Source: an uncultured Candidatus Saccharibacteria bacterium
Lineage (GTDB): Bacteria; Patescibacteriota; Saccharimonadia; Saccharimonadales; JALRHH01
Reading direction: 5' to 3'
Length of the DNA stretch: 64,000 nt
Assembly: GCA_964639295.1 (NCBI GenBank)
Contig: CAZXDT010000001.1
Location: forward strand, 117,068-181,067
Both the position numbers and the translations under genes were made by a program. The notes under the pieces were generated by a model, which had not been told where the DNA came from, made no database searches, and saw nothing but the letters and a program-made list of their open reading frames with translations. The first letter of the stretch is position 1; every line of letters starts with the position of its first letter. Of this stretch, positions 55,067 through 64,000 are shown piece by piece.

Positions 55067-56341
55067 TTAACTAAGGTGTTTGATACGGTCGGCAAACCAC
55101 TCGGCACTTGGGCGGATAGTTCGTTTCATGCCGTTCTTTCGGTCAACTTGTACAAGCCCAAACTTCGGCCACCAGCCATCTTGCCATTCAAAGTTATCGA
55201 GCAGACTCCAGTGGAAGTAACCACGGAGATCCACGCCTTCACTAATCGCCTTCTCCATTGCTACGATAGTTTCTTCTATCCACCAGCGGCGGTATTGATC
55301 CTGGCTATCAGCTAGGCCGTTCTCTGTAATAAAGATCGGTTTTTTGAACCTGGCCCACGTACGGAGTAATAACGGATAAATACCCTCTGGCTCCATGTAC
55401 CAGCCCATGTCATTAAGAGGGACTTTAGGGTTAGCACGCTTGCCAAGACCCGTGAAGTAATCACTAAAATAATAATTAAGCCCAATGAAGTCCTGGTGAT
55501 GACGGATCCTTCGCAAGAACCACCAGTTCCAGAAATACCGCATCCATTGAGTGGTTAGTTCATCTAGGTATTTGTGTGGACGCTTAGCCTGAATATTGGC
55601 CAGCTGCATAGCAATACCCACTTGAAGGCTTGGTTTGTTAGTTTTTAGAATCTTGTAGGAGGCCCTGTGAGCCCGTGCTAAGTTCCTATATGTTTTAGCG
55701 AATTTGAGCACACTCTTCTCTGCTGGTGGATGAGAGGCCACTAAGTAGCTAAATGCAGCATCAACGTTTGGTTCGTTGATAGTCAGTACATATTCCACAT
55801 CATCGAGTAAATCTTCGGATACCTTCTCAACAAATCTGGTGAAATACGCGATGTTTTCTTTCTTTTCGAATCCACCCTTCTCCGCAAACCAGACTGGCGC
55901 CGTCCAGTGCCAAATGTTCAAGAAAGGCTCTAGCTTTTGCGCACGTAGCTCACGAATATACGTCTTGTAGTGAGCAATCGCTTCTGCATTCCATGCGCCT
56001 TCTTCTGGCTCGATTCTGGACCATTCAACAGTAAACCTAAAGGCGTTTAGGTTAAGCTTCCGGGCGATACCAAAGTCTTCTTTGTATCTGTTGTAGTGAT
56101 CAACTCCACGACCCGATACATAGTTATCTGGCTCTTCTGCCTGGTCCTTAATCTGATGCCAGTTTGGCAGCCAACTCAGGCGCTGGTGCGCTGTCTGAGC
56201 TAGTTCCTTGGCATGTTCTAGCTCCCACTTAGACCATTGGTTGTAGTTGCCACCTTCTACCTGGTGAGATGCCGTACTGGCACCCCAAAAGAAGTGTTTT
56301 GGGAATATGTCATTTTTGTTTTCGTTGTTACTTTCATTCAT
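55067..56341 (-). CDS. glycoside hydrolase family 1 (beta-glucosidase-like)
   Basis: FFWGASTASHQVEGG, TINEPN (acid/base Glu), FITENG (nucleophile Glu). Confidence 0.9.
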   Translation of the reverse strand: MNESNNENKNDIFPKHFFWGASTASHQVEGGNYNQWSKWELEHAKELAQTAHQRLSWLPNWHQIKDQAEEPDNYVSGRGVDHYNRYKEDFGIARKLNLNAFRFTVEWSRIEPEEGAWNAEAIAHYKTYIRELRAQKLEPFLNIWHWTAPVWFAEKGGFEKKENIAYFTRFVEKVSEDLLDDVEYVLTINEPNVDAAFSYLVASHPPAEKSVLKFAKTYRNLARAHRASYKILKTNKPSLQVGIAMQLANIQAKRPHKYLDELTTQWMRYFWNWWFLRRIRHHQDFIGLNYYFSDYFTGLGKRANPKVPLNDMGWYMEPEGIYPLLLRTWARFKKPIFITENGLADSQDQYRRWWIEETIVAMEKAISEGVDLRGYFHWSLLDNFEWQDGWWPKFGLVQVDRKNGMKRTIRPSAEWFADRIKHLS

Positions 56342-56455
56342 TAGGGAACATTATAACGCAGGAACGGAGAAATAAACGTGTTTACATGTTTATCTCGAGT
56401 ACCGCTCGTTTCAGCAATATGAAATATTGCTATACCCTATCTGATAGACAAGGTT

Positions 56456-56881
56456 CTATACGCCCATTGCTCCAATAACAGCTGCTGCTACCATGATGGT
56501 CACAAACTCGTGCACAATGTTGAGGAGAGTCAACTTCTTACGGCGGCCTTCAAATGCGTCATGTACATACAGGCGCGTTACTACAAGCCCAAGCCATAAC
56601 CAAAACCCAGTAGACAATGCATCTTGCATGAAAGAGTTCTGAAAGAATGTATTAGATAGATACGTAACGTGAGCCAGGACGTATGTCATAACCAGTGATG
56701 CAATAAATGTGGTACCCATAAGCCACGCCATTTCACTTGCCGGCGGTGTCTTGCCTATCTTTACATTGGCGAGCTTGGCCCAGGTTTTACCAAAGACACT
56801 CATTGAATACCAAATACCGCCGACCACCATTGTTGAAGCCGCAGCTAAAAAAACCGCTAGAACGTTAATCTGCACATCCAT
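56456..56881 (-). CDS. DUF1761 membrane protein
   Basis: INVLAVFLAAASTMVVGGIWYSMSVFGKTWAKL fits the DUF1761 N-terminal pattern. Four TM helices. Confidence 0.65.
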   Translation of the reverse strand: MDVQINVLAVFLAAASTMVVGGIWYSMSVFGKTWAKLANVKIGKTPPASEMAWLMGTTFIASLVMTYVLAHVTYLSNTFFQNSFMQDALSTGFWLWLGLVVTRLYVHDAFEGRRKKLTLLNIVHEFVTIMVAAAVIGAMGV

Positions 56882-56942
56882 AGTGAGAACTCCTTATTTA
56901 TAGAATTAAGTATGCTCTCAGGAAATTAGAAAAACAATAGAG

Positions 56943-57169
56943 TTGCGTTGAAGGCTAAAGCCTTCACCACCTTCATTTCTTGTGTCGACAAGAAACTGAA
57001 GCAAAGAAACTCGGACTGCGTTTTGTCTCCGGGATGCCTGGCAAGCAATTGAGCCTAAAATTTTGGAACTCGCGGTTTAGCGCTTCAAACAGCCAAAATT
57101 TCAGAACGGCTCAATTCTATGCCAGTCCTCTCGGGCCGAAGCCGATGTCCGGACCACGCCCGGACGGTT
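56943..57169 (+). ncRNA. unclassified structured element, copy B2 (B-type middle domain)
   Basis: The first 33 nt (56942-56974) are identical to A1 38591-38623. The B-type core is collinear with B1 and has compensatory helices (CAATTGAGCC/GGCTCAATT versus AATCTGG/CCAGATT). The 3' 16 nt CCACGCCCGGACGGTT are identical to A1. Confidence 0.55.
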
Positions 57170-57245
57170 TATCAATAATCATAAAGCCTGTGTACAAGCA
57201 AAAAAACGGCGAGGAATTCTCGTCGTCGGCTTAAATGCTTAAATA

Positions 57246-57614
57246 CTACTGGTGGCCTGAAGTACGAACTTCAATCTTCTGGCCAATCTCGAGTGGTTGC
57301 TGAACATTAATAGCCACACCACCAAGATGCGCCTCAATAACAGCTAAATCATGTAGCTGCTCTGCGTTATCCATCGCAAACCTTTTAGCAGATTCCATGT
57401 CATTTGCATACTGCCGTCGCTGAATATCAACTACCTGTTGCTCATTGTATTCCACCCATCTTTGAGGCAATCCTGGACCACCTTGCCGCAAATCAGTTTT
57501 TTTAAGCTCTCTAAATTCTGTCTCGGCGTTTTCAGCTAATCTAGCACGTAGCTCATGACTTGTGTAATGTGCTACTGCTTCTTTACGAATTTCGTTTAGT
57601 GTTTTTCTTGACAT
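57246..57614 (-). CDS. hypothetical protein (122 aa), cargo of the second A/B-bracketed unit
   Basis: ORF with ordinary composition. There is no SD. TTGACA-N17/18-TAATTA lies just upstream, suggesting a near-leaderless mRNA. A terminator hairpin plus T-run lies downstream at about 57190-57240. Confidence 0.5.
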   Translation of the reverse strand: MSRKTLNEIRKEAVAHYTSHELRARLAENAETEFRELKKTDLRQGGPGLPQRWVEYNEQQVVDIQRRQYANDMESAKRFAMDNAEQLHDLAVIEAHLGGVAINVQQPLEIGQKIEVRTSGHQ

Positions 57615-57667
57615 ACTATATAATTAATCATACTCATGCTTTTTTGTCAATAATGTGTAACTATAAT

Positions 57668-57909
57668 CATCGTCCGGGCGGGGTTTGTGCATCGGAAAAA
57701 CCGGTGGCTGGCATCAGGGCTACTCCGAATCAAGTCGGCAGTGTCCCCTATTTCCATCCTAAGTAAAGAAATAGGGGCGCTTGCGTTCTGTCGACGCGGA
57801 GTAGCCCTGGTTTGACTGCCAACAGTGTTTTTTCGCCGCACGAGCTTCTTTTGCTTCATTTCTTGCGATCAAGAAAAGAAGTTGGGCGGACCTTTAGGTC
57901 CGGACGAAA
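57668..57909 (-). ncRNA. unclassified structured element, copy A2 (A-type middle domain)
   Basis: Minus strand reads TTTCGT, HP1 CGGACC-TAAA-GGTCCG, HP2 CTTCTTTTCTTG-ATCG-CAAGAAATGAAG, GAAGCAAAAGA. The helix CCCCTATTTC/GAAATAGGGG replaces A1 GCCCATTTT/AAAATGGGC, with a conserved loop TTAYTTAGGAT. CTACTCCG/CGGAGTAG replaces CTATTTGCG/CGCAAATAG. Confidence 0.6.
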
Positions 57910-57921
57910 CTTGAGCTAAAA

Positions 57922-58959
57922 CTATTTCTTTAATTCGTCTGAAAGATTCAGGGCTTCTTTGGTTTCATCGTCTTCGGTTAGTTTGAGCGGCTTTTTGCTC
58001 TTGATCTCGTAACGGAGGCCGGTCATTGGTGATTCGTAGTAATCGTCGTTGAGGAGGTTTACGAACTTAGTCAGGTCTTTAGTATCCATTATGATGATTG
58101 AACCGTCAGTGTCGGTCATTAGATCAATACCGAGCTCTTCTGCGTGGTTTAGCAACTCATCTTGTTTAACGGCATTGGTGTCGATCTTCTGCAATTTGTT
58201 GATGAGTGGCTTTTTCTCCATGACGAGGCTATTCATTGTGGCACCGTCAGCAAAGCTGAGTTTGAAATTCTCTTGAATCTCGGCAACCTTTTTCTCTGCA
58301 ATGGCGGCTTTTTTAGCGTTGTAGTTGAACAGCTGCTCGAGTTTGGCTTGGTTAAAAACATAGATGTCTTGTTCCAGAATGAGCATTTGGTTGTCATTTG
58401 GCACGCGGAAGGCACCATCTGCGTCAAATGGCACGAATTTGCCACCACGCATTAGCCAGCCGACATTGCCCTTCATGACATTGGCGCTTGGCATAATTTT
58501 AGGTACGTAGAATGGCTGCGTTAAGCTTGGGTGGCTGACGCGAGCGATGATACCTTTAATACGCTTGAGGTCGTGCTCTTCCTCAACAAATTGCTCTATC
58601 TCCGCTTCTTGGGTCTTCAGCCAGCTTAAAGTCTCACGAGCTTTAGGCACGTTCTTAAGCCTGGTACGTTGCAGCACCATTTGCTCTGCCTCGGCTTCCT
58701 CGAAGCTTCTAACAGTTAGGCCAACATCCGCACCTTCTAGTACGTATTCTAGGATTGGGTCAATAAGTGCTTGGTGGAGTGATAGTTCGAGGTCTTTACT
58801 CCGGGAAGTCTTGTAGACTACTCCGTTTTTGTTTATCAGAAATAGCTCAATTTTGAGCTCTTCTTTAATCTGGACTAGGTTATTAGCCCATAAGAAAATG
58901 TCTGTCTCGACGTAATCGTCGGCGTGTTCGCTAAAAGTAGGTGTAGTTTTGTCTTCCAT
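57922..58959 (-). CDS. hypothetical protein (345 aa)
   Basis: Acidic, soluble-looking protein with no catalytic motif recognised. A vague resemblance to DUF4868-type proteins could not be verified. Confidence 0.5.
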   Translation of the reverse strand: MEDKTTPTFSEHADDYVETDIFLWANNLVQIKEELKIELFLINKNGVVYKTSRSKDLELSLHQALIDPILEYVLEGADVGLTVRSFEEAEAEQMVLQRTRLKNVPKARETLSWLKTQEAEIEQFVEEEHDLKRIKGIIARVSHPSLTQPFYVPKIMPSANVMKGNVGWLMRGGKFVPFDADGAFRVPNDNQMLILEQDIYVFNQAKLEQLFNYNAKKAAIAEKKVAEIQENFKLSFADGATMNSLVMEKKPLINKLQKIDTNAVKQDELLNHAEELGIDLMTDTDGSIIIMDTKDLTKFVNLLNDDYYESPMTGLRYEIKSKKPLKLTEDDETKEALNLSDELKK

Positions 58960-59014
58960 CCAGACTATTCTACCCTACCATCTGCAGTTTAACCGTTGTG
59001 ATTTACTCCTTGTA

Positions 59015-59473
59015 TTAAGCAGCAAGTAGAGATTCTACTGAATGAACTGGGACAAACACACCGGAGCGTATTCGTTCACCTACGAACAGAGGGTTTGATT
59101 TACTTGCAAGAACTCGTGCTTCGCAAAGCTGTAAACACAGGCTAGAGAGTGTCCCGTAACGGATAAATGTAAAACGACTGAAGTTACTATGCATCACGGC
59201 ATCCGCAAAATAGGTGTCGTGATATAGCTGTTCATCAGATGATACTGCATTCTTCCCTTGGTACAACACAAGGGCGCCCAAAGTATGCACAATTACCTTG
59301 TTACCACCATGCAGCTCACGCGGGTCACCCATAACTTCTATGGCTTCGGCGGCGAAAACGACCTGCATTTCTGCTTCCATTGTTGCAAGGTTAGTCTGTA
59401 GTTCCTTGGCAACTTGTAGAGTATCCGCCGGGACAACGAGGTTAGATCTTGGTGATAAGTCTATGGCTTCCAT
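59015..59473 (-). CDS. hypothetical protein (152 aa)
   Basis: Co-oriented with 57922..58959 and 55 nt upstream of it. No motif recognised. Confidence 0.45.
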   Translation of the reverse strand: MEAIDLSPRSNLVVPADTLQVAKELQTNLATMEAEMQVVFAAEAIEVMGDPRELHGGNKVIVHTLGALVLYQGKNAVSSDEQLYHDTYFADAVMHSNFSRFTFIRYGTLSSLCLQLCEARVLASKSNPLFVGERIRSGVFVPVHSVESLLAA

Positions 59474-59510
59474 AAACCGATTATAGAACTAACTTCACAT
59501 ACTGCAATAG

Positions 59511-59900
59511 CTACATAGATCCGACGTTCAGAATGTTGCCATCTGGATCCTTGAACCATGCAGTCTTCATGGCCATATCGCCTTCCCACACATGAATATC
59601 ACCCTGGAGAGTTGCCCCTGGCATGTCATAGTGTTCGAACGTCACTCCATTTTCCTTCAGTTGAGCTACAGCAGCTTCAACATCAGTAACATTCCAAGTT
59701 GCACAGGTTGCCTGGTTGGTGCCTGCTGTACCTGATTGGTACACAAACACCCTACTGCCCCCACCGCATTCGTAGGTAACGCCGGCCGGATTTTCCTCGA
59801 CCTGTTTGAGACCTAGTTTTTCTCCGTAAAATGCCTTGCCCGCTGCAATATCGCTAACTGCAATCGTAGCAAGTACTCTTCCTTCTGATAACATAAGCAC
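59511..59900 (-). CDS. VOC/glyoxalase-bleomycin-resistance family protein
   Basis: 129 aa. VSDIAAGKAFYGEKLGLK and C-terminal FKDPDGNIL are typical of the VOC fold. Confidence 0.7.
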   Translation of the reverse strand: MLMLSEGRVLATIAVSDIAAGKAFYGEKLGLKQVEENPAGVTYECGGGSRVFVYQSGTAGTNQATCATWNVTDVEAAVAQLKENGVTFEHYDMPGATLQGDIHVWEGDMAMKTAWFKDPDGNILNVGSM

Positions 59901-59966
59901 CTCCTCGTTAGTACATATAGTATGCGCCTGGTATGGCAGATTTACTACCTTGACTAATGTGATATA

Positions 59967-60206
59967 ATGTTTATTAGTATGGATAGTTCATTCTATAAAC
60001 CCGAAGTTCTTGAGGAACTACGTGACACCCGCACGCATCTGTTTATGCTCCGGACACACCCCGAAGGTATATTTAATTTTGATAGCACGGAAGAACGTAA
60101 TCAACTTGGTCAAGACCTTTTAGATGAGATCGCAGCCCTCGAAGAGTTTCTGATCCCTAAAAACGACTTTGTCGTCCGCGCCTTGCTACTCCGCCCCAGA
60201 GACTAA
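59967..60206 (+). CDS. hypothetical protein (79 aa)
   Basis: ORF only. No motif recognised. Confidence 0.3.
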   Translation: MFISMDSSFYKPEVLEELRDTRTHLFMLRTHPEGIFNFDSTEERNQLGQDLLDEIAALEEFLIPKNDFVVRALLLRPRD

Positions 60207-60207
60207 G

Positions 60208-60642
60208 CTAAGCTTTTGTAGTCCTTGCCTTATTAGCCCATTCGTCAGCTAATTCGTTCCCTGGGTCGTCGTTATGTCCACGCACCCAAATAAGTTCTGC
60301 TTTTGATGGTCGGTGGAGCGCACAGGCTTCTTTAACTATGTCGAGGTTCTTTATCTCCCCGCCCTTCTTTTTCCAACCTTTTTCTTCCCATCCTATGGAC
60401 CACTTAGTAATCACGTTTATCCAGAATTCACTGTCTGTGTAGATCTGACATGGCTCACCATCAGCGTCTTTTAGTGCCGCAATAATTGCTAAACCTTCCA
60501 TGCGAATATTAGTTGTTTCTGGTTCACTACCCAATACTTGTGGCTTCATATCACGGATAACCGCAAATCCGCCCGGACCCGGGTTAGGACTCGCACTGCC
60601 ATCGGTATAATAAATAATCATTCGTCTAGTATACAGGCTCAT
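60208..60642 (-). CDS. rnhA: ribonuclease HI
   Basis: YTDGSASPNPGPGGFAVI, NIRMEGLAIIAAL, IYTDSEF, GHNDDPGNELADEWA. Confidence 0.88.
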   Translation of the reverse strand: MSLYTRRMIIYYTDGSASPNPGPGGFAVIRDMKPQVLGSEPETTNIRMEGLAIIAALKDADGEPCQIYTDSEFWINVITKWSIGWEEKGWKKKGGEIKNLDIVKEACALHRPSKAELIWVRGHNDDPGNELADEWANKARTTKA

Positions 60643-60713
60643 CTATATCCCGCATAAGACTTCAGCAAGTTCTTAGAATTAATAGCTACACTACTGATAA
60701 TAAGGAGAAAAAT

Positions 60714-60983
60714 ATGTATTTTGCAGAAATAGTCAGACGGTTTGATGGCCCAGTAAGAGAAAGTATTGGCGGACGCCAGGAGGATTGGACTCACCCAATG
60801 CTAACTTTACTTACTGTTCTGATAATTGCTGGTGTGGCTGTATACCTTATCAAGGCAGTAACACAGAGCAAGGCCACAAATCAGGAAGAAAAGCGTGACC
60901 CATTAGACTTCGCCAAAGAACGCTTTGCTAAAGGCGAGATTAGCAAAGAAGAACTATCCGAAATCAAAAAAGAACTCAAATAA
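60714..60983 (+). CDS. SHOCT-domain small membrane protein
   Basis: One TM helix. C-terminal AKERFAKGEISKEELSEIKKEL fits the SHOCT pattern. Confidence 0.55.
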   Translation: MYFAEIVRRFDGPVRESIGGRQEDWTHPMLTLLTVLIIAGVAVYLIKAVTQSKATNQEEKRDPLDFAKERFAKGEISKEELSEIKKELK

Positions 60984-60985
60984 CC

Positions 60986-61210
60986 CTAGGTATCGATTCT
61001 GACCAGTTTGTGTTTTGAGGTATGGCCACCAACAATCTCAACTTGTGACTTTGAGACTTCGTAATATTTTGCCAGTAGTTCAATAACCGCTTTGTTTGCT
61101 TTGCCCTCTAGTGCGGGCTCGCGTACATACACCAATAACTCACCCATCAGACTAGGCTGCACCAACGGCCCCTTCTTGCTACCTGGCTTAACCGTAACGG
61201 TAACTTTCAT
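60986..61210 (-). CDS. DUF167 (YggU-like) protein
   Basis: VKPGSKKGPL...ALEGKANKAVIELLAKYYEVSKSQVEIVGGHTSKHKLVRI. Confidence 0.7.
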   Translation of the reverse strand: MKVTVTVKPGSKKGPLVQPSLMGELLVYVREPALEGKANKAVIELLAKYYEVSKSQVEIVGGHTSKHKLVRIDT

Positions 61211-61668
61211 GCTATCGTATTTTGCTCAAGCACCCTCTTACCTTCTTGTTGAAGTTCAAGCGGTAACTCATTTACGTCATCGTACCAGTGGTCACCATTC
61301 AAGGGTTTTTCTACTGTAGTGCCGTAGTATTTTTGCATTCCATATTTTTTCCAAAATTCATAAATATGCTCCACGTTTTCTAATGTCGACTTGAGCCCGA
61401 CGGTTGTGTAGTGGGTAAAAGTATTTTCAATCTTGTGCCACACCAAGTAATCCTGAATAAAAGTACGCTTTGTGCGTTTGGATATTGATTTTTCCAACGA
61501 AAATAGCCCTATAATCTCATCATTGGGATACTCAACTATGCCACTAATTATTACAATTCCCAGAGGGCTAAATCTACGAGTATTGTATATTTTAAATTCG
61601 TCCTTGAACTTTGGGTTCAGCCTAATGTATTCGTCTATTGTTGGATGAAATGGCATAGGCATGGACAA
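61207..61668 (-). CDS. hypothetical protein (153 aa)
   Basis: Its stop overlaps the downstream DUF167 start. No motif recognised. Confidence 0.4.
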   Translation of the reverse strand: MSMPMPFHPTIDEYIRLNPKFKDEFKIYNTRRFSPLGIVIISGIVEYPNDEIIGLFSLEKSISKRTKRTFIQDYLVWHKIENTFTHYTTVGLKSTLENVEHIYEFWKKYGMQKYYGTTVEKPLNGDHWYDDVNELPLELQQEGKRVLEQNTIA

Positions 61669-61679
61669 TCGCTTATCTG

Positions 61680-62975
61680 TTAAGGCTTACCTTTTTCTAA
61701 ATCATCAATATTTACGCGCTCTTGTTCGGTAGTGTCTCGGCTTCTCACCGTCACCATGTTGTCTTCCAGGGTGTCGAAGTCGATTACTACGCAGTATGGG
61801 GTACCGATTTCATCTTGGCGACGGTAACGTTTGCCAATGTTGCCGTTATCGTCCCACATGACTGCTCCGTGCTTTTTCTTGAGCGCGTCATAGACTTCAC
61901 GTGCTTTTGCCACAAGTTCTGGCTTGTTCTTAAGTAGCGGTGATACGCAGTACTTAACAGGTGCTAAGTGCTCTGGGAGCTTCAGTACAATACGATCATT
62001 TTCTTCATCGTTCCAGTATGCAGCTGATAGTACGGCCATGATTGCACGATCAAGGCCAATGGTTGGCTCAATAACGTGTGGTACAAACTTTTCAGTTGTG
62101 CCTTTTATAGTGTATTCCATGCTCTTTTTACTTACACGCTCGATGTTATCAAGGTCAAAGCTCGTGCGGTATGCAAGGCCAGCAAGCTCTTCTTTACCAA
62201 TTGGGTAGTCAAACTCAAAGTCTACTGTTCGTTTACTGTAGTGTGCACGATCATCCTCTGGAACTTCCAGTTCGTGGATGGATTCCTTTGGCAAACCAAG
62301 TGCATCAAAATATGCGTGCCATTGTTCCTGCCAGTGTACAAACGCCTCTTCCCACTTGTCTGGGTGTACAAAGTATTCGATTTCCATCTGTTCAAATTCA
62401 CGACCACGGAATACAAAATCACGTGGACTAATCTCGTTACGGAAGGCCTTACCCTGCTGACCAATACCAAATGGTAGGTCTGGGTAGAAGCTATCAACAA
62501 TATTCTTGAAGTTAGTAAAGATACCTTGTGCGGTCTCAGGGCGTAAGTACGTCACCGACGCTTCGTCATCAACTGGGCCGGCATTTGTCTTGAACATCAT
62601 ATTGAACTGCTTCGCTTCACCAAAGGTGCCCTTTTGGCCACAGGTTGGACATTTGCTTGTGTCAATTTTGTCGGCACGGAAACGTCCGTGACAGTTGCTA
62701 CACTCAACAAGTGGATCCGTGAATGTGTCTACATGGCCGCTGGCTTGCCAGACTTTCTGGTTCATCAATATTGCTGCATCGACACCGTACATATCATCAC
62801 GGCCGTCTACAAACATCTGCCACCACAAGTTCATAATGTTGCGCTTAAGCGTCACACCAAGTGGACCATAATCCCAGGTACCACTCAGGCCACCATAGAT
62901 CTCAGAGCCCTGATAAATAAAACCGCGGCGTTTGCACAAACTAACAATATCTTCGAGTGAGGTTTCTTTGCTCAT
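61680..62975 (-). CDS. glyQS: glycine--tRNA ligase (dimeric class II form)
   Basis: IYGGLSGTWDYGPLG, FRNEISPR (motif 2). C-terminal anticodon-binding domain. Start set at MSKETSLEDI. Confidence 0.92.
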   Translation of the reverse strand: MSKETSLEDIVSLCKRRGFIYQGSEIYGGLSGTWDYGPLGVTLKRNIMNLWWQMFVDGRDDMYGVDAAILMNQKVWQASGHVDTFTDPLVECSNCHGRFRADKIDTSKCPTCGQKGTFGEAKQFNMMFKTNAGPVDDEASVTYLRPETAQGIFTNFKNIVDSFYPDLPFGIGQQGKAFRNEISPRDFVFRGREFEQMEIEYFVHPDKWEEAFVHWQEQWHAYFDALGLPKESIHELEVPEDDRAHYSKRTVDFEFDYPIGKEELAGLAYRTSFDLDNIERVSKKSMEYTIKGTTEKFVPHVIEPTIGLDRAIMAVLSAAYWNDEENDRIVLKLPEHLAPVKYCVSPLLKNKPELVAKAREVYDALKKKHGAVMWDDNGNIGKRYRRQDEIGTPYCVVIDFDTLEDNMVTVRSRDTTEQERVNIDDLEKGKP

Positions 62976-63069
62976 ATTAAGCACAATTATACCAGTTGAA
63001 CGGAGGAAAGCAGAAGTTTACTTCTGTTTTCCGGGCACAATGTCGTAAGCAAAGCTATGACAGATGAAG

Positions 63070-63516
63070 TTACTGTTTTTTTGAGCGAAACGCTTGGTAC
63101 ACTATCCACTCTGCATCAACTACAATTTCTTTTGCCTTTTTTATGTCTTTGTAGGCTCTAGCTATATCTGGATCTTGGTTGCTTTTAATATACTCACGAC
63201 GAATGACCCAGCCCGCGCCAGCAGCGATTAAGAGTCCTGATCCTAAGAATATTAAAGCGTCTCTGTAGTCATCGGAGTCAACAGGATCAACAATTGGAGC
63301 TTCCGCTGACATAGTGCCTCGTCGCTCTTCCCCACCAGAGCATAAAAACCCAGGAGCCTGAATGAATGCGTCATACGCTACTCTGACACCACATTCAGGT
63401 AGCAACGCTTGTTCCACGGATTCTACCGAACTTGGGTGTGCCTCTGCAGGATTAAAAAATCCCGAGCTTAACGCTAAGCCAACACCAAGACCAACTGCAC
63501 CGGGCAACTTGTTCAT
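63070..63516 (-). CDS. hypothetical membrane protein
   Basis: Signal/TM helix at the N-terminus and a second TM helix (ALIFLGSGLLIAAGAGWVI). No motif recognised. Confidence 0.4.
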   Translation of the reverse strand: MNKLPGAVGLGVGLALSSGFFNPAEAHPSSVESVEQALLPECGVRVAYDAFIQAPGFLCSGGEERRGTMSAEAPIVDPVDSDDYRDALIFLGSGLLIAAGAGWVIRREYIKSNQDPDIARAYKDIKKAKEIVVDAEWIVYQAFRSKKQ

Positions 63517-63556
63517 GGCGCTATTAAATACCCGTACTGTGCTTTTGTAAAGGGCC

Positions 63557-64000
63557 TCAGACCCTCAGTGTGTACTTCAGCATACTTTTTGTCATTTGGA
63601 GTGCCGTGGCTCGAAGTTGTTCAGATGCCTTTACTTGGGCAAGATTAGCTGGAGATGTTGCCACGAATGTCATTCGCAAATATTTGATAAGGTCTGTTGT
63701 TGGCTCGCCTTCTGGCCCAATCGCAAAGGTCATTTCATCAAAACTAAAGATGTATGATTTGCCCGGTTCGAGTGGCTTACCAGTACTATCTGTCCGTAAG
63801 TTTGGTGTATGGCCAGTCATATCGAGCAGCCGCATATTGAACCATGTCTCTACCGTCTCTATTGGAACGTCAAAATTATCTAGGCCCGCTAACCCACTGC
63901 TGAGTAAGTCAAAATATTCCCCACCAGATGTTTCTTCTAATATCTTTCCTAAATTTTTAAGGAACTCATAGCCCAACATGGTGCGCTGAATATCTTTAAC
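63557..64000 (-). CDS. recO: DNA repair protein RecO-like (C-terminal part; 5' end beyond the window end)
   Basis: The frame stays open to base 64000 (...VKDIQRTMLGYEF...). WFNMRLLDMTGHTPNL resembles the RecO helical region. No zinc-finger Cys seen. Confidence 0.55.
   Translation of the reverse strand, partial: VKDIQRTMLGYEFLKNLGKILEETSGGEYFDLLSSGLAGLDNFDVPIETVETWFNMRLLDMTGHTPNLRTDSTGKPLEPGKSYIFSFDEMTFAIGPEGEPTTDLIKYLRMTFVATSPANLAQVKASEQLRATALQMTKSMLKYTLRV

Overview
The window is a gene-dense, AT-leaning stretch of a small bacterial genome. Its content looks like a CPR/Patescibacteria genome, possibly Saccharibacteria-like, but that placement is inference from gene content only. The core genes are a MacB-type ABC pair, pyrH, xth, a sortase, gltX, a TraD/VirD4-like ATPase, two histidine kinase/response regulator pairs, a umuD-like/umuC pair, der, pth, dprA, topA, a streamlined dcw cluster (mraZ-rsmH-ftsL-PBP-mraY-ftsW-murG-ftsQ), a GH1 glycosidase, rnhA, glyQS and recO, plus tRNA-Ser(GGA), tRNA-Leu(CAA) and tRNA-Glu(CTC).

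Small accessory insertions sit between these genes and are the most interesting content:
1. Four type III hammerhead ribozyme motifs (22388-22440 minus, 38511-38577, 39477-39529, 42975-43031). Each lies just 3' of a small, visibly GC-rich ORF. In each unit the 5' leader (often the Shine-Dalgarno) is perfectly complementary over 12-13 nt to the segment immediately before the ribozyme cleavage site.
2. An unrecognised ~225-245 nt structured element in four copies (38592-38833 +, 39536-39759 -, 56943-57169 +, 57668-57909 -). Its helices show clear compensatory base changes. The copies form convergent pairs, each pair bracketing one cargo gene.
3. GC-rich foreign-looking genes around a tRNA-Glu whose 3' 22 nt are duplicated 187 bp away, which looks like an integration scar.
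4. Several other long structured non-coding gaps (about 11.95-12.30 kb, 36.19-36.56 kb, 27.70-27.85 kb).

All protein family names come from motifs read in the supplied translations. No database search was possible.
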